46,378 bases of DNA, taken from a virus. The notes beneath the pieces were generated by a model. It saw only the letters and a program-made list of their open reading frames with translations, did no database searches and had not been told where the DNA came from. Shown here in pieces: positions 35,693-43,305 of this stretch; position 1 is the first letter of the stretch, and every line of letters begins with the position of its first letter. Position numbers and translations under genes: made by a program. The stretch covers positions 1 through 46,378 of the IMG/VR virus record IMGVR_UViG_3300018476_000004. One strand, given 5' to 3'.

Positions 35693-35968
35693 TCACAACG
35701 AGCCTCGGCGGCGAATACGTCGCACGTGATCATGCTCGTGCCCGGCGGCCCGCTCGGCGTAGTGCAACGACATGCCGAGCCCGTACACGAGTCCGGCGAG
35801 CGTGAGTAACACGCACCCGAAAGGCGTCGCGACCGGGCAAGGTTCAATCAACACCGGGCCGATCCACGGCCAGAAAAACCGCGCGCCCAAATACGCGCCC
35901 GCGGCGCCGAGCACGCCCGCCGCAGGGTGCCTCACGACGGACAGATCACGCACGCCGCCCCCCTTCAC
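35693..35968 (-). CDS. Small membrane protein (two predicted TM segments)
   Basis: Hydrophobic stretches GVLGAAGAYLGARFFWPWIGPVLI and FGCVLLTLAGLVYGLGM. Confidence 0.5.
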   Translation of the reverse strand: MKGGGVRDLSVVRHPAAGVLGAAGAYLGARFFWPWIGPVLIEPCPVATPFGCVLLTLAGLVYGLGMSLHYAERAAGHEHDHVRRIRRRGSL

Positions 35969-35995
35969 ATTGCCGTGCCAAACTGCAAAAACGGT

Positions 35996-36652
35996 TTATA
36001 TCACGCGCGGTATAGCGCTTGGCAACACGCAACTGCACCCGAGCAACACACGTAGCTCACCAGCGCGTAAAATCGTCTGGCCGATACATACCGCCGCCGC
36101 CGCGTCGGGCCCCGCGGCCGGTTTGAGAAATCGCCGCGCGCCGAGGTCGCGGGCTATCACTTGCTCGGCATACGCCGCCTCGAGTCGCCGCGCTTGCTCG
36201 CGGGGCAACGTGCGCCCGCCGAATAGCTGCCGGCGCCATTGGCCGACGGTGCGCTCGACGAGGTGCTCGTCGGGTTGCCCCGTGACAAACCATGACCGAC
36301 GCCAATCACGGGCGGTCGCATGCAGACTCAGGGCCGCCGACTGATACCCGCCCCATGGCACCTCGAGCAACGCCGCGACGGGCAAACCACGCATGTACGC
36401 GGCCCCGATCGCGTCGCTGAACACGCGCGCCCGCTCGGCGTCGAGCCGCGCGTTGACCTCGCCGTAATCCCACAGCCGACCCGCGATATATGTCGCGTAG
36501 CCCGAGCGCTTGGCCGAGTCGATCGCGACGAGCACCGCGTCGAGCGGCGTGCGTGTTGGCGGTTGGGCCGCGGGCCCGCGAGCTCGGTGGATGATCATCG
36601 GCGGGCGGCGGCGGCGCTTGGCACGCGACGGGCGCGGCACGGCGGCGGTCAT
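35996..36652 (-). CDS. RuvC-like Holliday junction resolvase
   Basis: VLVAIDSAKRSGYA (catalytic Asp), LLEVPWGG (Glu), GPDAAAAVCIG (Asp); ATGA overlap at the start. Confidence 0.7.
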   Translation of the reverse strand: MTAAVPRPSRAKRRRRPPMIIHRARGPAAQPPTRTPLDAVLVAIDSAKRSGYATYIAGRLWDYGEVNARLDAERARVFSDAIGAAYMRGLPVAALLEVPWGGYQSAALSLHATARDWRRSWFVTGQPDEHLVERTVGQWRRQLFGGRTLPREQARRLEAAYAEQVIARDLGARRFLKPAAGPDAAAAVCIGQTILRAGELRVLLGCSCVLPSAIPRVI

Positions 36653-37092
36653 GGCGGCGACTCCAGCAACTCCAACTCGATCGCGTGCGGCACATGCCAC
36701 AGCCCGAGCGCGCCGGAGCACGGGATCGGCTCGTCGAGCACACGCACGTCGTCGAGCAACCATCCGTAGGGCCCGAAAAACCAGCGGCTTGCCGCGGCTC
36801 GTTGGGCCTCGTCGAGACTGATGGTGTTGGAGTACGCGAAGTCGTCGGTATAGTGGATCCAGCCTTTCACGACGGCGGTGCCGACGATCCCTTGCAGCCG
36901 CCCGCGCGGGTCGTCTTCGCAGCCAATGAGGCGCGCGGCCTCGGCGTCATAATGCTTGCCGGCGTGCAGAGCGATGCGCTTGCCGATCGCATGCGGCCAA
37001 GGCCGCCAAGGTCGATTTTCAACGCGCTTGGGATCCTCGGCGAGGTACAGGAACGCGAAATGCCAGGGCCGCCAAAGCGTAAGCGCCCGCAT
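36649..37092 (-). CDS. ASCH / PUA-like domain protein
   Basis: MRALTLWRPWHFAFLY...KRVENRPWRPW...KRIALHAG matches the common phage ASCH N-terminal pattern (from memory). Confidence 0.6.
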   Translation of the reverse strand: MRALTLWRPWHFAFLYLAEDPKRVENRPWRPWPHAIGKRIALHAGKHYDAEAARLIGCEDDPRGRLQGIVGTAVVKGWIHYTDDFAYSNTISLDEAQRAAASRWFFGPYGWLLDDVRVLDEPIPCSGALGLWHVPHAIELELLESPP

Positions 37093-37460
37093 TACGCGCC
37101 CCGCTCGCCGGCGCTGGCCAGCGCCTCGGCGACACCGAGCGCGAGCACCGTGGCTTGCCGGGCCCGGTGCGTGCTCGACCGAGCCATGCCCGAGGCTGCC
37201 GTCGCGAGCGCGTCGAGGGCTTGCACCGCGGCCGCGACCCGGCGGGTGCGCTTACGGGCCCGCGGCGCGCCGGCCGTCGCTAGCTCAACGAGTGCGTCGA
37301 TCGCCGCGGCGTTGGCGGCGCGGTGCCGGCGCTGGTAGGCGGCGTGGCAAGCTCGGCAATACCGTTGCTTGCGCCGTGTGTGTTTGACGCCGCACTTTGA
37401 ACACCGTGCCACGTGAAAGCACGTTTCTTGACCAACGCTGGCTAGGTTTATCTCGCTCAC
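37092..37460 (-). CDS. Hypothetical zinc-ribbon protein
   Basis: CSKCGVKHTRRKQRYCRACHAAYQRRHR; GTG start. Confidence 0.5.
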   Translation of the reverse strand: MSEINLASVGQETCFHVARCSKCGVKHTRRKQRYCRACHAAYQRRHRAANAAAIDALVELATAGAPRARKRTRRVAAAVQALDALATAASGMARSSTHRARQATVLALGVAEALASAGERGA

Positions 37461-37463
37461 GTG

Positions 37464-37988
37464 TTAGGCCCCTTTCTCGAACTCGTTGCCGAGCGACAAC
37501 CAACCGACGCGCGTGCGTCGCGCGAATAGTTCAACGTACGGCCCGCCGGGTATGAGGGCCTCGGCGATTTCGTAGATGCGATCGGGCTTGCGACTATGCT
37601 CGAGCACGGGCGCGGCGAAGCGCGATCGGATCGATCGGTTGGCAACTTGCACGCGACCGCGCACGCCGATCAAGCACACCTCGTGCGCCGCTCGAACATA
37701 GCGGCCCATGCCGAAAAACGCTTTACCAGTGCGTGTTTCCTTGTCCCAAACGATCTCGCTTTTGATCGTGAAACCCCATGCCGCGGCAACGCGCAACGCC
37801 TCGTGTTGCATCGCGGCAACCCGCCACAACATGAGCAAACAATCCGCCGCCAACAGCGGCAACGGAAACCGCTCCAACTCGGCGACCGTCATGCATGGGT
37901 AGTGCTTCGCCGCGCCGCGGCCGGGTCCCGGCAACGCGTCGCCGAACTTCCACGGCGGATCGGCCATCAGCACGCGTGCGCCGCTCAT
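37464..37988 (-). CDS. MT-A70 family N6-adenine DNA methyltransferase
   Basis: DPPW catalytic motif (LMADPPWKF), HYPCMTV, EHSRKPD. Confidence 0.9.
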   Translation of the reverse strand: MSGARVLMADPPWKFGDALPGPGRGAAKHYPCMTVAELERFPLPLLAADCLLMLWRVAAMQHEALRVAAAWGFTIKSEIVWDKETRTGKAFFGMGRYVRAAHEVCLIGVRGRVQVANRSIRSRFAAPVLEHSRKPDRIYEIAEALIPGGPYVELFARRTRVGWLSLGNEFEKGA

Positions 37989-38593
37989 ACTTGGCCCGCC
38001 GCCGCGCCCGCCGCCAACAGCGGCACCGGCACCCCGTCACCGACCTCGACCTCGACGAGCACAAGCCCGTACCAGCCGAGCACGCGACCGATCGTGAAAC
38101 CCCGCGGCTCGAACCGACCCGCGACGGGCCCGAGGGCCTCGGCGGCGGTGAGGCGCCATGCGCCGCGGGTCGCCGCTTTGCGATCACACCACTCGCCAAG
38201 CGCCGCCGGCGAGGCGCGGTCGTGCTCGGCGGCGAGGGCCATGGCGGCGAGCTCGGTGCCAGTGAACACGGGCCACGTCGCCGACACCGACACATACACG
38301 GGTTGGCTAGTCGTAAACACTATGGCCCCAACGGGCCCGCCGAGGGGCGGCGCGGCGCGACCCGGCACCGCACACGCGCAAACCAGGGTGCAAGGCGCTG
38401 GGAGGCTCGATAGCAGCCGAGGGCAGAATGACAGCACCTCGGCAACGGCGACCGACTCGGGCCCGGCGGCGAGCGGCGCGGGCGCGGGCGGTTTTAGGTC
38501 AACGGGGACTTCTATGTGCTCGTCGCCGGAAAACCCCCTCGGCTCGGCGGGCCACAACGAATAATTAGTATGACTATGCTTACTACTAGTCAT
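37985..38593 (-). CDS. Hypothetical protein
   Basis: ATG 38593; ATGA overlaps at both ends. Confidence 0.5.
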   Translation of the reverse strand: MTSSKHSHTNYSLWPAEPRGFSGDEHIEVPVDLKPPAPAPLAAGPESVAVAEVLSFCPRLLSSLPAPCTLVCACAVPGRAAPPLGGPVGAIVFTTSQPVYVSVSATWPVFTGTELAAMALAAEHDRASPAALGEWCDRKAATRGAWRLTAAEALGPVAGRFEPRGFTIGRVLGWYGLVLVEVEVGDGVPVPLLAAGAAAGQV

Positions 38594-38940
38594 ACTATCC
38601 CTATCAAACTAATGTAGGTGGCCCCACGTACATCTCGGTGGCCCCACATCGACGTGTAGGTGGCCCCACCTACAGGCCAACGCAATCCCAATGATTTCGC
38701 GGGTGGCCCCAGTGGCCCCAGTTGGCCCCACCAAAAATAGGAGGGCTTAAGAGAAAAACTCTCATTGTGAAGCGATCTGTTTTTGCGACTCGATCTCAAC
38801 AACAACGAATTCTGCTGAGACTCTCCTATATTTGGTGGGGCCAACTGGGGCCACTGGGGCCACCCTGGGAATGTCCAACCAAATCCAGCGTTTAGCTGGC
38901 GTGTCGGTGGCCCCACACCAATGTAGGTGGCCCCAGTCAT
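38590..38940 (-). CDS. Questionable 116-aa ORF that contains the entire iteron/AT-rich origin
   Basis: ATGA overlaps at both ends argue for translation. Against it, the translation is dominated by iteron-encoded repeats (GATY, WPQ, GPP). Confidence 0.3.
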   Translation of the reverse strand: MTGATYIGVGPPTRQLNAGFGWTFPGWPQWPQLAPPNIGESQQNSLLLRSSRKNRSLHNESFSLKPSYFWWGQLGPLGPPAKSLGLRWPVGGATYTSMWGHRDVRGATYISLIGIV

Positions 38941-38949
38941 AGTGGGGCC
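38612..38949. repeat. Iteron field: about 12 copies of (G)GTGGCCCCA(C) in both orientations; putative origin of replication
   Basis: Copies at about 38617, 38637, 38659, 38702, 38712 and 38722 (direct), 38835, 38846 and 38855 (inverted), 38906 and 38926 (direct), 38942 (inverted). Confidence 0.75.
38701..38865. repeat. Perfect 35-bp inverted repeat (38701..38735 / 38831..38865), each arm carrying three iterons, flanking a 95-bp AT-rich spacer
   Basis: The reverse complement of GGGTGGCCCCAGTGGCCCCAGTTGGCCCCACCAAA equals TTTGGTGGGGCCAACTGGGGCCACTGGGGCCACCC, verified base by base. Confidence 0.9.
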
Positions 38950-41483
38950 GGTCCCGTATCCAACTGTAGGATAACTAAACGGGGCCTACCAACACCAGCT
39001 ATACGTACTTTGGCGTCGTAGTGGCTAACTTCCGTACTCAGCCATCCACGGTCACGCCAGCACCGAAGCACCTCGTTAGGCGACAGGCGGTGCGAGTCGA
39101 GAAAGACCCTAAGCGAGGCCGGGATAAACAACAACTGATATTCACTACGCCGGAAACCGTGCCGCGTTTTGCCCGTGTGCCGCTCGAGTTTCTCGCCTCC
39201 GTCGCTCGCCGTTTCGAGCAACGGAAACGCGTCGGGCTCAGCCATGGCCCAATCGCGCACGAGCTCGAGGGCCCGCTCGGCGAGCGGCAACACGATTTCG
39301 CGCGCGTCGCGCTGCAAGTAGAGCGCGTGCATGGTGGCGCCGCCGGGTGCGCCAAGCCCGAGGCGGTGCGCGATGATCTCGGCGGTCATGAGCGTTGCGA
39401 AGTAGCCCGCGACGCGGCCTTGCAACGGGTCCGGTGCTGATTCGCGTAGTTTTTTCGTAATCACTTTGTACGAGGCCCGAAACGGCGCCCAATCGTCGAT
39501 CTCGAGCAGGTTTTCAATCCAACGCCGGCCGAACATGCCCGAGCGCGCGATACACGCCTCGCGTAGCTCGTCGACATCGGCCGCGGTGAGCTCACCAAAG
39601 CCGTTGACCGGCAACTGGATTACCCGCACTTGCGCGCCCGTCATGGTGTTGTGATCGGCGAGCGGCTTTTCGCCGGTCGACAACACGACGGTGCGCCACG
39701 TCGGCGTTTCGCGTAGCGACAGATCCGCTTTGCCGCGCGCGCGCCCGCCGCCGTTGATCAAGCTGTAGAGCATGCGCTCGAGGCCAACCGGGTCGGACGC
39801 GCCGACCTCGTCGTAACACTGCGGGAGGTCGTTGAGCTGTTGGGCCCGCAGCTCGGCTGCGGTCGCCGTCGTGTTCCATGATCCGAGCCACGCCTCGCAC
39901 GTCGGATCACCAAACACGCTCGCCGCGATCTTGAGCTGTGAGGTCTTGCCCCGCGACGAGTCGCCCGGTAGGTGGATCGCGAAATTGGGCACGTCCAGCG
40001 GCTCGAGCAACGTCGCCGCGAGCGCGCCCGCAATCATCGCGGCGCACACCGGTGAGGCCGCCCACGCTCGGCGTAGCAAGTCGATGTGCTCTTGCAGTGA
40101 GTCGCCGCGCGCGGTGAGTGCGGCGAACAATTTTTTGCGGTCGCCGCGCGTGTCGAGCGTGATCGCGCGTTCGCGGTCGTCGGCAAACCGCGGGCGGTCG
40201 AGTACGAACGCGCGCTCACCCTCGAACGTGTGCCAGCCGGTACGCCCGACGCAATACACACGGTCGAGGTTGCCGTTGACGCGCTCGAGTTCTTCCAACC
40301 AGTCGACGATCTTCGGGGCCGAGTTGGAGGTCACCGGCGCGCCGTACATGCCGAGCTCGGCGACCATGGTGCGCGAGTCGATCAGCGCTTTACGGTTGAC
40401 GACGAGCGGGATCCACTTGTCGTCACGCTCATAGCAAATCTCGACCCGCGCCTCGTGCGTGTAGTAGTCGGCGAGGTGCCGCACGAGCAAGATCGGCCGC
40501 GCCGCGACCTTGACGTCGCCGTGTTTGAGGTCGCCGGTTTTCCAAAGCCCGCCGTCACGACGGATCTCGTAACCCTCGGGCAAGCGTAGAGTCTCGGCGA
40601 TCGGCGCGCCGTTGAGCGCACGCACGTTCTTCGCCATGGTGAGCGGCGACTTGGGATCGAGGCCCTCGAGTTTTTGGGCGGTGTCCAAAAGCGCACGCGT
40701 CGGCGCCTCACCAAACGCGCCGAGGTAATCGTCGATCCCTTTGTGCTCGCGCGTCGGCGGCGCGACAAACAGCACCTCGGCCGCGCCGGCCGCGGTGAGC
40801 ACACCGACGAGGCGTTGCGCCGCGTTCATGACTTGATCGTTGTCGCGGGCGTCGGCGTCGAACACGATCACGTGCCGGCGGCCGGCGATCGTGACGTGCT
40901 CGCGGATCAGCGGGTGCAATCGCCACTCGCCGGTTTCGTCGCGGTGCGCGACGTCGAGCCAATTCCACACGCCAGTGAGGCCGATCGTTGGGAGGCCGAG
41001 TTGGTCGAGGGCCAGCCCCTTTTTCTCGCCCTCGGTCCAATGCAGCGGCCGCGTGACGTCGCGGTACCACGCACCGTTGTCACGCCGAGCTCGCGGCGGG
41101 AAGTACACGAGCACGCCGGCGGTGCGCTCGTCGGCTTGCTCGTAGCGGATCGCCTTGCCGCGCTTGTTTGTGCGCGGGTTTTTCGGCTTAACCCGATAGT
41201 CGTACGGCTCGGTCGCGCCGGGTATGTAGAGCGGAAACACGAGGGCCCAACCATGGTGCCGCGGAAACGTGCGGCGACGTAACAGCTCGGCGATCGCCTT
41301 GGCGCGGTGCTCGGTGTACAGGTTGGCAAGCTCGATCGTTTCGTCGGTGAGGCCCGACGCGCGCAACTGATCGAGGTGCTCGGGCACGAGCCCGCGCTTG
41401 TCGGGCAAGCTCGCAACGAGCCTTAGATGACGCGGCGAGGCGTCGCCGGCGTCGTCGCCGCCGTCGTGTGTTTCCTCGGCCAT
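38937..41483 (-). CDS. Bifunctional primase-helicase (Toprim/DUF3854-like N-terminus, DUF927-like SF3 helicase C-terminus)
   Basis: WTEGEKKGLA and VIVFDADARDN (Toprim acidic motifs), Walker A GDSSRGKTS, 848 aa. Confidence 0.8.
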   Translation of the reverse strand: MAEETHDGGDDAGDASPRHLRLVASLPDKRGLVPEHLDQLRASGLTDETIELANLYTEHRAKAIAELLRRRTFPRHHGWALVFPLYIPGATEPYDYRVKPKNPRTNKRGKAIRYEQADERTAGVLVYFPPRARRDNGAWYRDVTRPLHWTEGEKKGLALDQLGLPTIGLTGVWNWLDVAHRDETGEWRLHPLIREHVTIAGRRHVIVFDADARDNDQVMNAAQRLVGVLTAAGAAEVLFVAPPTREHKGIDDYLGAFGEAPTRALLDTAQKLEGLDPKSPLTMAKNVRALNGAPIAETLRLPEGYEIRRDGGLWKTGDLKHGDVKVAARPILLVRHLADYYTHEARVEICYERDDKWIPLVVNRKALIDSRTMVAELGMYGAPVTSNSAPKIVDWLEELERVNGNLDRVYCVGRTGWHTFEGERAFVLDRPRFADDRERAITLDTRGDRKKLFAALTARGDSLQEHIDLLRRAWAASPVCAAMIAGALAATLLEPLDVPNFAIHLPGDSSRGKTSQLKIAASVFGDPTCEAWLGSWNTTATAAELRAQQLNDLPQCYDEVGASDPVGLERMLYSLINGGGRARGKADLSLRETPTWRTVVLSTGEKPLADHNTMTGAQVRVIQLPVNGFGELTAADVDELREACIARSGMFGRRWIENLLEIDDWAPFRASYKVITKKLRESAPDPLQGRVAGYFATLMTAEIIAHRLGLGAPGGATMHALYLQRDAREIVLPLAERALELVRDWAMAEPDAFPLLETASDGGEKLERHTGKTRHGFRRSEYQLLFIPASLRVFLDSHRLSPNEVLRCWRDRGWLSTEVSHYDAKVRIAGVGRPRLVILQLDTGPAPL

Positions 41484-41490
41484 GCGGGCG

Positions 41491-42117
41491 CTACGCGTGC
41501 ACGCGGCGCTTGGTTTTGGAGCTCGGCTGTTTGGTCTTGAGCTTGCCGCCGACCTTGCCGCCGACCTTGGCTTTGCCGGCGGGCTTGCGCTTCGTGGGTT
41601 TCACGCGGTCGAGATAGGCGGCTTGGTTAGGGCCAACCTCGCTACCGTCGTCGTCGAGCTCGTCGCGGTCGGGGTCGACGAGGTCGGGGTCGAGCTCGTC
41701 GGCGTGCACCTCGCCGTGTTCGTCACCCTCGGGCAAGCCGCCCGGGTCCGACGGCAACGGTAACGACCCTTGACGATCGGCGGCGGTCATCGCGCGTTGC
41801 TCGACGGTGTCGCCGGTGTCTTGGCGCACGAGCGTGTACACGTTTTGGACAAAGTCGGCGATCCACTTGCATACGACGACCCTGTTTTCCTCCTCGGAAT
41901 CGATCACGTGTGCGAGCTTGTTGCGCTGATCAGTCGCCGCGAAGATTTTCTTGTTCACGGCGCGGCGCTCGGCCTTGAGCGTGTCGACCAACAACTCAGC
42001 CTCGGCCATCGCGTCGCCGCGCATGCGTAGCTCGTCGTCGGTGAGCTTGCAGGGCAACTCACGCTCAATCGCTATGCCCTCGTCATTCGGTGCGGTGCTG
42101 CCGTTTCCCTTTGCCAT
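41491..42117 (-). CDS. Hypothetical protein with coiled-coil, acidic and Lys-rich C-terminal segments
   Basis: ATG 42117; ends KPTKRKPAGKAKVGGKVGGKLKTKQPSSKTKRR. Confidence 0.6.
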   Translation of the reverse strand: MAKGNGSTAPNDEGIAIERELPCKLTDDELRMRGDAMAEAELLVDTLKAERRAVNKKIFAATDQRNKLAHVIDSEEENRVVVCKWIADFVQNVYTLVRQDTGDTVEQRAMTAADRQGSLPLPSDPGGLPEGDEHGEVHADELDPDLVDPDRDELDDDGSEVGPNQAAYLDRVKPTKRKPAGKAKVGGKVGGKLKTKQPSSKTKRRVHA

Positions 42118-42186
42118 GATCGGACCTATCGGGTTGGGGTTTCGTTGGTCAGTCTGCCGGCTAGAGCTGCACGCACGGCGAGCCAC

Positions 42187-42573
42187 TTACGCGGCGACTC
42201 TCACCGTGCGCGCGCGGCGCCTCGCCTTGGCGAGCTTAGTAACCTTGCCGACGCGTTTACGTTTGCCCGTGAGTGCGGCGCGCTTGCGTTTCGCCTTGGG
42301 TTTACGCTTGCGGGGCGCGGCGGCGCGCTTGCGTTTGACCGCGCGGGTTGGCTTTGCCGGTTGCAGCGCGAGGTACAGCTTGTGTATCGCGTACACCTCG
42401 GCAACGCTCACCGCCTCGCCGGTCGCGAGACTGATCGCGAGCGCGCTCGCGTAGTTCGGCGGGCGCTTGCCAGTGCAAATGGCATGCACGGTGCCGTATG
42501 AAAGGCCGGTCGCGCGCTTGATTCGCGACAGTGCGCCGTGTTCCTGGTCGGCGAACCATTTTGCAAAGTGCAT
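42187..42573 (-). CDS. cro: Cro-like HTH regulator with a long Lys/Arg-rich C-terminal tail
   Basis: SRIKRATGLSYGTVHAICTGKR is an HTH; first gene of the leftward operon, divergent from the CI-like gene. Confidence 0.7.
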   Translation of the reverse strand: MHFAKWFADQEHGALSRIKRATGLSYGTVHAICTGKRPPNYASALAISLATGEAVSVAEVYAIHKLYLALQPAKPTRAVKRKRAAAPRKRKPKAKRKRAALTGKRKRVGKVTKLAKARRRARTVRVAA

Positions 42574-42581
42574 GACCGCGA

Positions 42582-42621
42582 GTTATACCGGTGCCCGTTT
42601 ATCACGTCTATGGGATAAACG
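42582..42621 (-). promoter_or_regulatory. Leftward early promoter/operator: TAGACG-N17-TATAAC overlapped by the dyad GTTTATC-N10-GATAAAC (42597..42620)
   Basis: The 25-nt core (42596..42620) is identical at 24/25 positions to 43921..43945 in the opposite orientation. The -10 ends 8 nt before the cro-like ATG. Confidence 0.65.
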
Positions 42622-42670
42622 CGCCAGCCAAAACCCCGCGTCGCACCTACATTCGACTAGCAAACACGCC

Positions 42671-42706
42671 TAGTCCGCGCGCGGACTATTGCGCGCGCGG
42701 TATAGT
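42671..42706. promoter_or_regulatory. Two overlapping palindromes (TAGTCCGCGCGCGGACTA at 42671..42688; ACTAT-N12-ATAGT at 42685..42706) with a TATAGT -10-like hexamer (42701..42706) upstream of the CI-like gene
   Basis: 18-bp perfect palindrome verified by hand; located 20-55 nt upstream of ATG 42727. Confidence 0.5.
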
Positions 42707-42726
42707 TGCGCTTACGTAGTGGGCCG

Positions 42727-43302
42727 ATGGCGCGACCCAAAACTAGGCCCGATCCGAACGCGGCCGATCCGTTGAGCGAACCGACGGTCAACCGGCGGCT
42801 GCACGCGGCGTATCTGGCAAAGGGTTGGACCCGTGCCGATTTTGCGCGCCACATGGGCGTGAAGTACCAAACGGTCGATCGGTGGGATACCGGCGAGTTT
42901 AACCCCGGTCTCGACACCTTGTTTCGCGCCGCCGAGCTCGTCGGCTACACGCCCACGCAGCTGCTACACGGCCGCGACGGTAGTGCGAGTGCGCGCGAGC
43001 CCGTGCTTAACGACGACGACATGACCACCGAGGAACGCGCGGCGCTCGACCTCGTGTTACGCGAGTTCGCCGAGGCGGTGACACCCGCGTTTGTCGCGTC
43101 GTACCGAGCCGAGATTGCGGGCGGCGCGACACGCGCGGCGGCCGCGGCCAAGGCTCGCGACCTCGCGCTCGAGGCCCGTGCGTTCGCCATGAAGCGCCGT
43201 GCGCTATCCGACGCGGTGTTGCTCGGCGGCAAGCCCGCGACCGATTTTGCCGCGCCCGTCGCGCCCGCCACGCCGGCGGACAAGCGCCGCCGCAAGCGTT
43301 AG
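42727..43302 (+). CDS. cI: CI-like XRE-family repressor
   Basis: HTH WTRADFARHMGVKYQTVDRWDTG; divergent from the cro-like gene and flanked by the two operator copies. Confidence 0.75.
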   Translation: MARPKTRPDPNAADPLSEPTVNRRLHAAYLAKGWTRADFARHMGVKYQTVDRWDTGEFNPGLDTLFRAAELVGYTPTQLLHGRDGSASAREPVLNDDDMTTEERAALDLVLREFAEAVTPAFVASYRAEIAGGATRAAAAAKARDLALEARAFAMKRRALSDAVLLGGKPATDFAAPVAPATPADKRRRKR

Positions 43303-43305
43303 CGC

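Noticed and set aside
37596-38564. 322-aa plus-strand ORF antisense to the methyltransferase and the neighbouring gene
   Set aside because: It is low-complexity and Arg/Ala/Pro-rich, and it is antisense to a gene with unambiguous MT-A70 motifs. The same reasoning rejects the other long shadow ORFs (for example 126..794, 791..1459, 5118..5753, 23046..23873, 36685..37338 and 44864..45523).
38612-38949. Possible CRISPR array, because of the many GGTGGCCCCA repeats
   Set aside because: The repeat units are only 8-15 bp, occur in both orientations, are irregularly spaced (some directly abutting), and lack unique spacers of constant length. No cas genes are present. The pattern fits origin iterons instead.
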